Virus record (IMG/VR): IMGVR_UViG_3300006735_004667
Coordinates: 1-55,719 of that record
Origin: a virus
Lineage: Duplodnaviria > Caudoviricetes
Reading direction: 5' to 3' (one strand)
DNA: 55,719 nucleotides
A program made the translations under genes and the position numbers. The first letter of the stretch is position 1; every line of letters starts with the position of its first letter. Below, piece by piece: positions 1 to 8,732 of the stretch. The notes below the pieces were generated by a model. It did not search any database and was not told where the DNA came from. It worked only from the letters and a program-made list of their open reading frames with translations.

Positions 1-146
1 ATGAAATAGAATATTACAAAAAAAGTTTGGTAAAAAGAATATTTTTTTTACGACAAGCTGAACAAAGAGCACAAAATCCTGAAATGAAAAAACTTTGGGA
101 ATCAAAAAAACAAGAATTATTAACGAATTATTTAGAACAGAGATAA
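1..146 (+). CDS. Partial hypothetical protein (5' end outside window)
   Basis: Open frame EIEYYKKSLVKRIFFLRQAEQRAQNPEMKKLWESKKQELL ending TAA 144-146. Confidence 0.6.
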   Translation, partial: EIEYYKKSLVKRIFFLRQAEQRAQNPEMKKLWESKKQELLTNYLEQR

Positions 147-153
147 TTTCTGT

Positions 154-161
154 TATAAATA
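154..161 (+). promoter_or_regulatory. T4-type late promoter TATAAATA upstream of hsp20
   Basis: Exact T4 late consensus in intergenic DNA. Confidence 0.7.
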
Positions 162-165
162 TAAT

Positions 166-224
166 ATGTAAACGCCAATAGGGTTTACATTTTTATTAAC
201 CTTGCTTACTAAAAGGAGGTCAAA
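166..224 (+). promoter_or_regulatory. ROSE-like RNA thermometer in the hsp20 leader
   Basis: ACCUUGCUU (199-207) pairs with SD AAGGAGGU (213-220) with a bulged G; upstream hairpin ATGTAAAC/GTTTACAT. Confidence 0.55.
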
Positions 225-680
225 ATGACTATAAATGAAGCAATCTGGAGAGATTTATCTCCATTCACAATCGGCTTTGACAATGTGTTTACACAATTGG
301 ATAGAGTCCGACAAATACCACAAACTAATTATCCACCTTACAATATTCGTAAAGGTTCTACAGAGGATACATTTTTAATTGAACTAGCTGTTGCTGGTTT
401 CGGTGAAGATGATTTAACAATTACTGTTAAAGAAAATAATCTTACTGTAGTAGGTGATATAGGTGATAAAGATGAAGGGTTTGTTCATCATGGAATCTCA
501 CAAAGAAAATTCTCTAGAAATTTTGTTCTAGCAGATGATGTTGTGGTTAAAGGTTCTGACTTAACAAATGGTATACTTACCATTTATGCTGAGAGAATAG
601 TTCCAGAAGAAAAGAAAACTAGAACTATTGAGATTGGTAGTCTTAAAAAGTCAGATAAAAAAGTATTTTTGTCTGAATAA
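225..680 (+). CDS. hsp20: Small heat shock protein Hsp20 (IbpA-like)
   Basis: YPPYNI, ELAVAGF, HHGISQRKFSRNF, NGILTI alpha-crystallin motifs; SD AGGAGG. Confidence 0.95.
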   Translation: MTINEAIWRDLSPFTIGFDNVFTQLDRVRQIPQTNYPPYNIRKGSTEDTFLIELAVAGFGEDDLTITVKENNLTVVGDIGDKDEGFVHHGISQRKFSRNFVLADDVVVKGSDLTNGILTIYAERIVPEEKKTRTIEIGSLKKSDKKVFLSE

Positions 681-693
681 ATAAATATTAAAT

Positions 694-728
694 CCTGGGG
701 TGTTAATATGCTTGACACCTCAGGTTTT
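694..728 (+). terminator. Intrinsic terminator hairpin after hsp20, overlapping a sigma70 -35 box
   Basis: CCTGGGGTGTTAA / TTGACACCTCAGG stem with G-U pairs, then TTTT. Confidence 0.55.
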
Positions 729-739
729 AGTAGTATAAT
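712..739 (+). promoter_or_regulatory. sigma70-like promoter TTGACA-16-TATAAT
   Basis: Perfect hexamers, TAG immediately before the -10. Confidence 0.7.
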
Positions 740-772
740 AGTAGTAATAAAAAAATAATGTGAGGAAATATT

Positions 773-964
773 ATGTTTAATTGGTTTAAAAGATTAATTA
801 ATTTGGGTGTTGAACCAACGGGTGTTAGAGCTAGAGATTCTAGAGGAAGATTCGTTGCAGATGATAAATCTACACCTAATGTAAATGAAGCTTATAATGA
901 CGGTAAAACACCGACTAAAAGAGGTCGTGGTAGACCAAAAGGTTCTAAAAACAAAAAGAAATAA
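773..964 (+). CDS. Small basic protein with C-terminal AT-hook
   Basis: KRGRGRPKGSKNK; SD GAGG. Confidence 0.7.
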   Translation: MFNWFKRLINLGVEPTGVRARDSRGRFVADDKSTPNVNEAYNDGKTPTKRGRGRPKGSKNKKK

Positions 965-972
965 GATACATT

Positions 973-1302
973 ATGGTCAAAGACGATAATGTAATAAATA
1001 CTCATTATCCCCTTTTTGATGAAGGTCTTTATACAGAAGTAGTTCATCAAAATGGAGAAAGAGCAATAAAAATTCTTTCAGGTAAATATAAAGATGTTAT
1101 TTATCAATATGGTAAAGTAAATCTTGTACCAAGAGAAGTTTCAGAAGAGCCTACTGTAGATTTTGAAAGAGCAGTTAGGTCTTGTCCTGAAAATATGATT
1201 GATACAATATCAGAAGATGAAGAATTTAATCAACTTATGGGTGATATACTCATAGAATTATTAGCCAATCAAGGGCTAGAGGAACTAAAAAATGGAATAT
1301 AG
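973..1302 (+). CDS. Hypothetical T4-like protein
   Basis: ORF in tightly packed operon. Confidence 0.7.
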   Translation: MVKDDNVINTHYPLFDEGLYTEVVHQNGERAIKILSGKYKDVIYQYGKVNLVPREVSEEPTVDFERAVRSCPENMIDTISEDEEFNQLMGDILIELLANQGLEELKNGI

Positions 1303-1753
1303 TAATGAATTTATGGTTCAACTTAAGGATGAAATTTCTGCAGATGAAGGTGTTGTATTAGAAGTATATCACGACCATTTAGGATATCCAACTGTAGGTG
1401 TTGGTCATTTAATCAAACATGACGACCCTGAATTTGGTGAAGGTGTGGGATTTAAAATTACACAAACAAGATGTGATGAATTGTTTTATCAAGATATTAA
1501 TATTTGTTTAGATGAATGTGAAAAACAATTAGGTGAATGGTCTACATATCCTGAGGAAGTAAAACTAATTATTGCTAACATGGCTTTCAATCTAGGTATT
1601 ACTAGACTTAGAAAATTTAAAAAGATGTTTGCAGCTCTTAATAATGGTGATTATGTCGCAGCAGCTGAGGAAGGTTTAGATTCAAGGTGGGCAAAACAAG
1701 TTTACAATAGGTCTCATAGATTAATGGACAGACTCAGGTCAATAGAAGTATGA
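1292..1753 (+). CDS. Phage lysozyme (T4-type muramidase)
   Basis: DEG...Y.D..G.PTVGVGH, MAFNLG, SRWAKQV..R motifs. Confidence 0.9.
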   Translation: MEYSNEFMVQLKDEISADEGVVLEVYHDHLGYPTVGVGHLIKHDDPEFGEGVGFKITQTRCDELFYQDINICLDECEKQLGEWSTYPEEVKLIIANMAFNLGITRLRKFKKMFAALNNGDYVAAAEEGLDSRWAKQVYNRSHRLMDRLRSIEV

Positions 1754-1974
1754 TAGCACTAGATAAACAATTAAGAGACGCACTTAGATTAAAATATCAA
1801 GGTGAAATTGCAGCTGCAAAAGCTAACATAAATGTCTATATGAAACAGTCAGTTGGTATTGGAGAACATTCTGATATCATAGGTGCTATTGATGAACAAC
1901 TTAATTTACTTACACAAGCAGAAGAAAAACTTCAAGCTGTAGAACATCACTTTACACCTGATAGAGTAATTTGA
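1750..1974 (+). CDS. Hypothetical coiled-coil protein
   Basis: ORF, start overlaps upstream stop; VGIGEH motif. Confidence 0.7.
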   Translation: MIALDKQLRDALRLKYQGEIAAAKANINVYMKQSVGIGEHSDIIGAIDEQLNLLTQAEEKLQAVEHHFTPDRVI

Positions 1975-2381
1975 CAAGAATCAATATTGTACCTGTAGAA
2001 GAATTAACAGACCAACATTTGATGGCTGAGTATCGTGAAATATTCATGATTGGTTCTTCTCTACAAAGGTCTCTTAAATCAGAAAATTGGGACCCAAAAA
2101 GAATACCTAAAAAATTTACATTGAATGAAGGTCATGTATTATTTTTTTATAACAAAGGTAAATATCTTTATAAAAGATATGATGAAATAAAAAAAGAACT
2201 CAAAAAAAGAAATTATAATTTAGATAAAAATAGATTATTTAAATCAACACAATTCCCATCTGAATATTTTAATGATTGGAAACCCACAAAAGAAGACCAA
2301 GCAATAGTTTGGAAAAGAATTGAAGAAAGAATACAACAGAAACCAGAATGGTATAGACATTATGGAGTTTCTATAGTATAA
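1971..2381 (+). CDS. denV: Endonuclease V, pyrimidine-dimer DNA glycosylase
   Basis: TRIN...L.DQHLMAEYRE, F.L..GHV.FFY, RI..KP.WYR; TTG start. Confidence 0.93.
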   Translation: MTRINIVPVEELTDQHLMAEYREIFMIGSSLQRSLKSENWDPKRIPKKFTLNEGHVLFFYNKGKYLYKRYDEIKKELKKRNYNLDKNRLFKSTQFPSEYFNDWKPTKEDQAIVWKRIEERIQQKPEWYRHYGVSIV

Positions 2382-2388
2382 TTATATT

Positions 2389-4884
2389 ATGCACTATTAC
2401 ACAAATATACAAAGGTATAAAGATTTCATACTCGCAAGAGGTGTGAAAAATGGTAAGAAATATATTAAGAGATTAAAATACGAACCAACTCTTTACATAC
2501 CAACAAACAAACCAACTCCTCATAAATCAATAGCAGGAGAATATTTACAATCAAAGAAATTTAGTTCACCAAGTAATGCTCGTCATTGGAAAAAACAATA
2601 CGATAATACAGGTATTGATATTCATGGTTTAGAACAATGGGAATATACTTACATATCTGAAACATATCCTTCTGATATAGAATTTGATATTAATAATATT
2701 AACATATTGAACATTGATATTGAGTGTGAATGTGAAGAAGGGTTTCCAGAACCAACTGAAGCAGAAGAAAGAGTCAATGCAATCACTATGAAACTTTTTG
2801 GTCATGATGAAACTCATGTTATTGGTATTGATAATTTTGATTACAAAACAGATAATCCAAATATCATATATCATAAAACAAGACATGAAAAAGAATTACT
2901 CATGAAGTTTATGGAGATATGGGATACACTAGAACCAGATATAGTCACAGGTTGGAATGTAGAAACATTTGATATTGCTTATCTTGTTAATCGTATTTGG
3001 AAACTATTTGATTGGGATACAGTTAGAAAACTATCTCCTCACGAATTAATTACATCAAGAGAATGGTTATATATGGGTCAGAAAAAAATGATATCATATA
3101 ATATTTCTGGTGTTGCAATACTTGATTATCTTGAAATGTATAAAAAGTTTACATACATTACAAGAGAAACATATCGTTTAGACCATATCGCAGAAGTTGA
3201 ATTAGGTAAGAAGAAGATTGATTATTCAGAGTTCGGTGCAATGCATTTGTTTTATAGAAATGATTATCAAAAGTTTTTAGATTATAACATTCGTGATACA
3301 GAACTTGTTGAACAATTAGATGATAAACTACAACTTATGGAATTAGTTATAACAATGGCTTATCAAGCAAAGTGTAATTATGAAGATGTATTCGGTTCAG
3401 TTCGTTATTGGGATTTAATTATTTACAATTTCTTAAAGAAAAGAGGAATGGTACCACCACCAAAAAAACTAGCACAAGATTCTAGAATTGTTGGAGCTTA
3501 TGTAAAAGAACCACAAGTTGGTCAACATAAATGGGTTATGTCTTTTGATTTAAATAGTCTATATCCTCACTTAATCATGCAATATAATATGAGTCCAGAT
3601 ACTTACCAAAGAAAGATATTTAATCAAGAAATAAATGTCAAAAAACTATTAGAAGGTGAAGTAGATTTAAGTATGTTGACTAATACTACTGTCACACCAA
3701 ATGGTGCTTTGTTTAGAACAGATAAACAAGGATTTCTACCAGAACTTTTAGAAGAAATGTATGACCAAAGAGTTTTGTTTAAAAGAAAAATGATTAATAA
3801 ACAAAAAGAACTTGAAACTATTGATAAGAATGATATTGTAAAAAGAAAGAAATGTGAATATGATATTGTTAAGTATAACAATAATCAAATGGTTAGAAAG
3901 ATTTCTCTTAACAGTTGTTATGGTGCTTTGGGTAATCAATATTTCAGATACTTCAACAGAGAGATTGCAGAAGGAATCACAACATCAGGACAGTTGAGTA
4001 TTAAATGGATTGAGAAAGCAGTTAATGACTATTTAAACAAACTATTAGAAAGTGATAAAGATTATGTTGTAGCAATTGATACTGATTCAATTTATGTGAC
4101 ATTTGAAGATTTAGTTGAAAGAGTCAAACCAAATAATCCGATTGATTTTTTAGATACAATAGCGAAAGAAAAATTAGAACCATACATGAAAGAAACTTAT
4201 GAAGAACTTGCTTCTTACATGAATGCTTATCAAAACAAAATGGAAATGGGTAGAGAAGTTATTGCCGATAAAGGTATTTGGACAGCAAAGAAAAGATATA
4301 TTCTCAATGTTCATGATTCAGAAGGTGTAAGGTATAAAAAACCAAAACTTAAAATGATGGGTATTGAAACAGCAAAATCTTCAACACCGATGTGGTGTAG
4401 AAAGAAACTTGAAGAAGGACTCAAAGTTGTAATGACAGGTACAGAAAGTGATGTTTGGGACTTTATAACTAATTCAAAAAATGAATTTAATAAATTACCA
4501 ATAGAAGAAATATCTTTTCCAAGAGGTGTTCAAAATATTAAGAAGTATCATAATGCCGCTTCTATCTATAATAAAGGAACACCAATTCATGTTCGTGGTT
4601 CACTACTTTACAATAACTTTTTATATAAATACAATATAGACAAGAAATATCCAATTATACAGAATGGTGAAAAAATTAAATTTTGTTATATGAAATTACC
4701 TAATATTATGAATGAGAATGTTATTTCATTTGTCTCAGCATTGCCTAAAGAATTTGAACTTGAAGATTATATTGATTACGATACTCAATTTCAAAAATCA
4801 TTTGTTGAACCTTTAGGCGTTATATTAGATAAAATTGGGTGGACTACAGAACCTGTCAGTACACTTGATTCATTTTTTGGGTAA
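2389..4884 (+). CDS. gp43: Family B DNA polymerase (T4 gp43-like)
   Basis: DIE exonuclease motif, SFDLNSLYP, KISLNSCYG, DTDS, KKRY, C-terminal LDSFF clamp-binding peptide. Confidence 0.97.
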   Translation: MHYYTNIQRYKDFILARGVKNGKKYIKRLKYEPTLYIPTNKPTPHKSIAGEYLQSKKFSSPSNARHWKKQYDNTGIDIHGLEQWEYTYISETYPSDIEFDINNINILNIDIECECEEGFPEPTEAEERVNAITMKLFGHDETHVIGIDNFDYKTDNPNIIYHKTRHEKELLMKFMEIWDTLEPDIVTGWNVETFDIAYLVNRIWKLFDWDTVRKLSPHELITSREWLYMGQKKMISYNISGVAILDYLEMYKKFTYITRETYRLDHIAEVELGKKKIDYSEFGAMHLFYRNDYQKFLDYNIRDTELVEQLDDKLQLMELVITMAYQAKCNYEDVFGSVRYWDLIIYNFLKKRGMVPPPKKLAQDSRIVGAYVKEPQVGQHKWVMSFDLNSLYPHLIMQYNMSPDTYQRKIFNQEINVKKLLEGEVDLSMLTNTTVTPNGALFRTDKQGFLPELLEEMYDQRVLFKRKMINKQKELETIDKNDIVKRKKCEYDIVKYNNNQMVRKISLNSCYGALGNQYFRYFNREIAEGITTSGQLSIKWIEKAVNDYLNKLLESDKDYVVAIDTDSIYVTFEDLVERVKPNNPIDFLDTIAKEKLEPYMKETYEELASYMNAYQNKMEMGREVIADKGIWTAKKRYILNVHDSEGVRYKKPKLKMMGIETAKSSTPMWCRKKLEEGLKVVMTGTESDVWDFITNSKNEFNKLPIEEISFPRGVQNIKKYHNAASIYNKGTPIHVRGSLLYNNFLYKYNIDKKYPIIQNGEKIKFCYMKLPNIMNENVISFVSALPKEFELEDYIDYDTQFQKSFVEPLGVILDKIGWTTEPVSTLDSFFG

Positions 4885-4910
4885 TAATTATTACCCATAG
4901 GGGTAATAAT
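4878..4910 (+). repeat. Perfect 20-bp palindrome plus a third arm (alternative hairpins) at the gp43/nuclease junction
   Basis: TGGGTAATAA-TTATTACCCA (4878-4897); GGGTAATAAT again at 4901-4910. Confidence 0.85.
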
Positions 4911-5388
4911 GTACGAGTACAGAGTAAAAATATTAAAAGTGGTAGACGGTGATACAGTTGATGTTGACATAGATTTAGGATTTGGTGTGACATTAACAGA
5001 TGAAAGAGTTAGAATAATGGGTATTGATACACCAGAGTCTAGAACTAGAGATAAAGTAGAAAAAGTTTTTGGTAAAGCAGCAAAGAAAGCTTTACAAGAT
5101 ATGTTGGGTAAAACATCAATTTTAAAAACACAAATTAACAGAGACGGTGAAGACATGAAAGGTAAGTTCGGTAGAATACTTGGCGACTTTATCGTAGATA
5201 GAAATGGTCAAAGTATAAGTGTCGTAGAAGCTTTAGTTGAAGACGGACACGCTGTAGATTATTATGGTGGTTCAAAAGAAGATATAAAATCAGCTCATAT
5301 GGTTAATCGTAAAAAATTAATTGATGAAGGAGTTGTAGAAATGTCTTATGAAAAAGCTGGGTTGACAGATACAGATTTGGTAGTATAA
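4909..5388 (+). CDS. Thermonuclease (SNase-like) family nuclease
   Basis: VVDGDTVD, RVRIMGIDTPE, GKFGRILG. Confidence 0.88.
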   Translation: MYEYRVKILKVVDGDTVDVDIDLGFGVTLTDERVRIMGIDTPESRTRDKVEKVFGKAAKKALQDMLGKTSILKTQINRDGEDMKGKFGRILGDFIVDRNGQSISVVEALVEDGHAVDYYGGSKEDIKSAHMVNRKKLIDEGVVEMSYEKAGLTDTDLVV

Positions 5389-5389
5389 T
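5362..5389 (+). promoter_or_regulatory. sigma70-like promoter TTGACA-16-TATAAT
   Basis: Perfect hexamers; ATG follows a 6-nt gap after the -10. Confidence 0.7.
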
Positions 5390-5395
5390 AGATAT

Positions 5396-5560
5396 ATGAC
5401 TGAAATTCAATACATATTTTTGTCTTTTCATTGTGTCACTTGGATATTACTTTTTCTAGTATATACTGAAATACAATCTTGGAAAAAAGAAATAAGACAA
5501 CATATAGATTATGATAATAGTCTAAAAGCTTTGAGAAAAGAAGAAAGAAGAAAAAAATAA
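5396..5560 (+). CDS. Small membrane protein, 54 aa (not in ORF track)
   Basis: [29 protein letters not shown]...; fills the gap after a promoter. Confidence 0.6.
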   Translation: MTEIQYIFLSFHCVTWILLFLVYTEIQSWKKEIRQHIDYDNSLKALRKEERRKK

Positions 5561-5577
5561 ATTATGGAGATTATATT

Positions 5578-6621
5578 ATGAGTTATTTGAAAAACTTAAT
5601 AAAAACAACAGGTAATGAGTTCGCTTCTATTGTAGAAGACGGAGTACAAGCAGCTGATGTTAGTGGGTACATTGACACAGGTTCTTATATTTTTAACGCT
5701 CTCTTGTCTGGTTCAATTTATGAAGGTTTACCTAACAACAAGATTACAGCTCTTGCAGGTGAATCAGCAACAGGTAAAACATTCTTTGCACTTGGAATGT
5801 GTAAACAATTCTTAAATGATAATCCTGATTCAGCAGTTATCTACTTTGAATCAGAAAGTGCAATCACTAAAGACATGATTGAAGAAAGAGGAATTGATTC
5901 TTCAAGAATCGTTATTGTTCCTGTCACAACTGTACAAGAATTTAGAACTCAATCTATTAAGATACTTGACCAATATATCAAAGACAATTCAGATATGAAA
6001 ATGTGTTTTGTACTTGATTCACTAGGTATGTTGTCAACAACTAAAGAGATTGAAGACACAGCATCAGGTGCAGAAACTAGAGATATGACTAGAGCACAAT
6101 TAGTTAAAGGTGCTTTCAGAGTTTTAACTCTTAAACTTGGTAAGGCAGGAGTACCATTAATAGTCACAAACCACACTTATGATGAAATGGGATTGTTTGC
6201 AAAGAAAGTTATGGGTGGTGGTAGTGGACTCAAGTATGCTGCATCATCAATCATATTTTTATCAAAGAAAAAAGAAAAAGATGGTAAAGATGTTATTGGT
6301 AATATCATTCATTGTAAGAATGAAAAATCAAGACTTACTATTGAAAACAAAATGGTAGATGTTATTCTAAAATATGATTCAGGACTAGACAGATATTATG
6401 GTTTACTAGATTTAGCTGTCAAGTATGGTATCTTTAAACAATCATCTACAAGAATTGAATTACCAGATGGGACTACTCAATTTGGTAAAACAATTAACAA
6501 TAATCCAGAGAAGTATTTCACACCAGAAGTACTAGACAAACTTAATGAAGTAGCGAAAGAAGAATTTTTATATGGCAATGCGATTAGAACAAACGATTCT
6601 CAAGAATCTGATACAGAATGA
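5578..6621 (+). CDS. uvsX: RecA-like recombinase UvsX
   Basis: AGESATGKT Walker [16 protein letters not shown]; synteny. Confidence 0.95.
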   Translation: MSYLKNLIKTTGNEFASIVEDGVQAADVSGYIDTGSYIFNALLSGSIYEGLPNNKITALAGESATGKTFFALGMCKQFLNDNPDSAVIYFESESAITKDMIEERGIDSSRIVIVPVTTVQEFRTQSIKILDQYIKDNSDMKMCFVLDSLGMLSTTKEIEDTASGAETRDMTRAQLVKGAFRVLTLKLGKAGVPLIVTNHTYDEMGLFAKKVMGGGSGLKYAASSIIFLSKKKEKDGKDVIGNIIHCKNEKSRLTIENKMVDVILKYDSGLDRYYGLLDLAVKYGIFKQSSTRIELPDGTTQFGKTINNNPEKYFTPEVLDKLNEVAKEEFLYGNAIRTNDSQESDTE

Positions 6622-7957
6622 AGAATTTACTAGAAAGACTTTACCTTACATAAAATCAGAATTTTTTTCTGAAAGAGATGAAGAATTTTTATTTAAACAA
6701 ATTCGTGATTATTTTTTAAAGTATCAAACATCACCAACACCAGAAGCACTTATCATTGATATTGATGAAAAACAAGATGTGGACCAACAATTAATATCAG
6801 ATACTATGTTATTAATAAAAGATATTAAAGGTGATATATCTGATACACCAGATGAATGGTTAGTAGATTCTACAGAAAAATGGTGTAAAGATAGAGCTGT
6901 CTATAATGGTGTAATGAGTTCTATTGAAATTATTCAAGATAAAAATGGAAACTCTGGTGAGATACCCGATATTCTAAGAGAAGCACTATCTGTATCTTTT
7001 GATTCAAATATTGGTCATGACTTTATAGAAGATTGGGATTCAAGATATGACTTCATGCATACAGAAGAAGAAAGAGTTCCATTTGATTTAGAATTGATGA
7101 ATAAAATCAGTAAAGGTGGTCTTCCAAATAAAACATTAAATATAGTCATGGCAGGTACAGGTGTTGGTAAATCATTATTCATGTGTCATTGTGCATCAGC
7201 ATCTTTACTTCAAGGTAAAAATGTATTGTATATCACAATGGAAATGGCAGAAGAAAAGATTGCTGAAAGAATTGATGCAAATTTGTTAGATATATCATTA
7301 AACGATTTACAAGATTTACCAAAAATGATGTATGAGAAAAAGATTACTAGAGTCAGAGAAAAGACTAAAGGTAAATTAATTATTAAAGAATATCCAACAG
7401 CAACAGCACATAGTGGTCATTTTAGACATCTATTACAAGAACTAGATTTAAAAAGAGATTTCAAACCAGAAATTATTTTTATAGATTATTTAAATATCTG
7501 TAGTTCATTTAGAGTTAGACCAGGTAGTAATGTAAACACTTATTCATATATTAAATCAATTGCAGAAGAATTAAGAGGACTAGCAGTAGAATTTGATGTT
7601 CCAATCATGTCTGCAACACAAACAAATAGAACAGGTTTTGTATCTACAGATGTTGGACTTGAAGATACATCTGAATCATTCGGTTTACCAGCAACAGCAG
7701 ACTTTATGTTTGCATTGATATCTACAGAAGAAATGCAAGAATTAGACCAAGTAATGGTTAAACAGTTAAAGAATAGATACAATGACCCAACTTATCATAA
7801 AAGATTTGTATTGGGTGTAGATAGGTCTAAAATGAGATTATATGATTGTGAGCAATCAGCACAAGATGAATTAGTTGATATCGGTCCTGTTATGGATAAT
7901 ACAACAACAGGTAAAAGAGTGTCAGCAGAGAATACAAAGGATTTAAAGTTTAGTTGA
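6572..7957 (+). CDS. gp41: Replicative DNA helicase (T4 gp41-like)
   Basis: [40 protein letters not shown]. Confidence 0.95.
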   Translation: MAMRLEQTILKNLIQNEEFTRKTLPYIKSEFFSERDEEFLFKQIRDYFLKYQTSPTPEALIIDIDEKQDVDQQLISDTMLLIKDIKGDISDTPDEWLVDSTEKWCKDRAVYNGVMSSIEIIQDKNGNSGEIPDILREALSVSFDSNIGHDFIEDWDSRYDFMHTEEERVPFDLELMNKISKGGLPNKTLNIVMAGTGVGKSLFMCHCASASLLQGKNVLYITMEMAEEKIAERIDANLLDISLNDLQDLPKMMYEKKITRVREKTKGKLIIKEYPTATAHSGHFRHLLQELDLKRDFKPEIIFIDYLNICSSFRVRPGSNVNTYSYIKSIAEELRGLAVEFDVPIMSATQTNRTGFVSTDVGLEDTSESFGLPATADFMFALISTEEMQELDQVMVKQLKNRYNDPTYHKRFVLGVDRSKMRLYDCEQSAQDELVDIGPVMDNTTTGKRVSAENTKDLKFS

Positions 7958-7991
7958 TATGTGGGAATTTAGACATTTAAAAATGCCAGAC

Positions 7992-8021
7992 TTGAAACCG
8001 CATGTACAGTTTTTGTATAAT
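7992..8021 (+). promoter_or_regulatory. Conserved early-type promoter (GTAC-spacer family)
   Basis: TTGAAA-CCGCATGTACAGTTTTTG-TATAAT. Confidence 0.7.
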
Positions 8022-8027
8022 AACAGT

Positions 8028-8534
8028 ATGAAAAAAGATAAAAAAATTAGACAAATATTTCTAGATATGGACGGTGTTTTAGCTGATTTTGAGTCTAAAA
8101 TAACCGAAATGTTAGGTAAAAAAGTCTGGAATGATGATGCAGGTCATAATGTTTATGATTTACATAAAAGAGAACTGACTTCTAAGCATATGTTTAGAAA
8201 AATGGACCCTTTACCAGATGCTTGGAAACTTGTAGATTGGTGTTTAAATTCTGGTATTCATACAGAAATTTTAACTGCAGCAGGAACTGTTAACAGAGAA
8301 CTTGTTGTAAGAGATAAAGTTGAATGGATAAGAGAACACATAAATCCTCATTGGACAATAATACCGACATTCAAAGGTAGTCAGAAAGCAGCATTTGCTC
8401 ATAAAAAAGCAGTTCTGATTGACGACAGAGAAAAAAATATAGATTGTTGGGTTAAAGCAGGTGGGATTGGTATTATACATACTACAGCTGATGAAACAAT
8501 AAGACAATTAAATGAAATTCTCAACTCAAAATAA
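8028..8534 (+). CDS. HAD-family 5'(3')-deoxyribonucleotidase-like protein
   Basis: FLDMDGVLADF, ILTA, K..W, LIDDR; start moved to the ATG after the promoter. Confidence 0.85.
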   Translation: MKKDKKIRQIFLDMDGVLADFESKITEMLGKKVWNDDAGHNVYDLHKRELTSKHMFRKMDPLPDAWKLVDWCLNSGIHTEILTAAGTVNRELVVRDKVEWIREHINPHWTIIPTFKGSQKAAFAHKKAVLIDDREKNIDCWVKAGGIGIIHTTADETIRQLNEILNSK

Positions 8535-8712
8535 ATCTCAAGGGATTATCAAAAGTAAATCCCTTGTAGACCTTCTTGTTAAAAAAACAGAAATAAAAAA
8601 AGAACTTATTGTTCTTAAAAAAAGTAATAAAAATCTAGAAAAACAAGAAGAACTCATAGAAGAAATATCAGCAATTGATAATTTCTTGAGTAAGCACAAA
8701 ATTCAAAAATAG
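8512..8712 (+). CDS. Hypothetical coiled-coil protein
   Basis: ORF in operon. Confidence 0.55.
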   Translation: MKFSTQNKSQGIIKSKSLVDLLVKKTEIKKELIVLKKSNKNLEKQEELIEEISAIDNFLSKHKIQK

Positions 8713-8718
8713 TATTAA

Positions 8719-8726
8719 CATAAATA
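8719..8726 (+). promoter_or_regulatory. Late promoter variant CATAAATA
   Basis: One mismatch to TATAAATA, 6 nt before ATG 8733. Confidence 0.55.
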
Positions 8727-8732
8727 CTGTTT

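Noticed and set aside
4864-4884. T-run at the gp43 end as a frameshift site
   Set aside because: Explained by the conserved LDSFF clamp-binding peptide; no downstream frame lacking its own start.
7959-8027. Track N-terminus of the HAD gene
   Set aside because: It overlaps a conserved promoter; ATG 8028 fits better.
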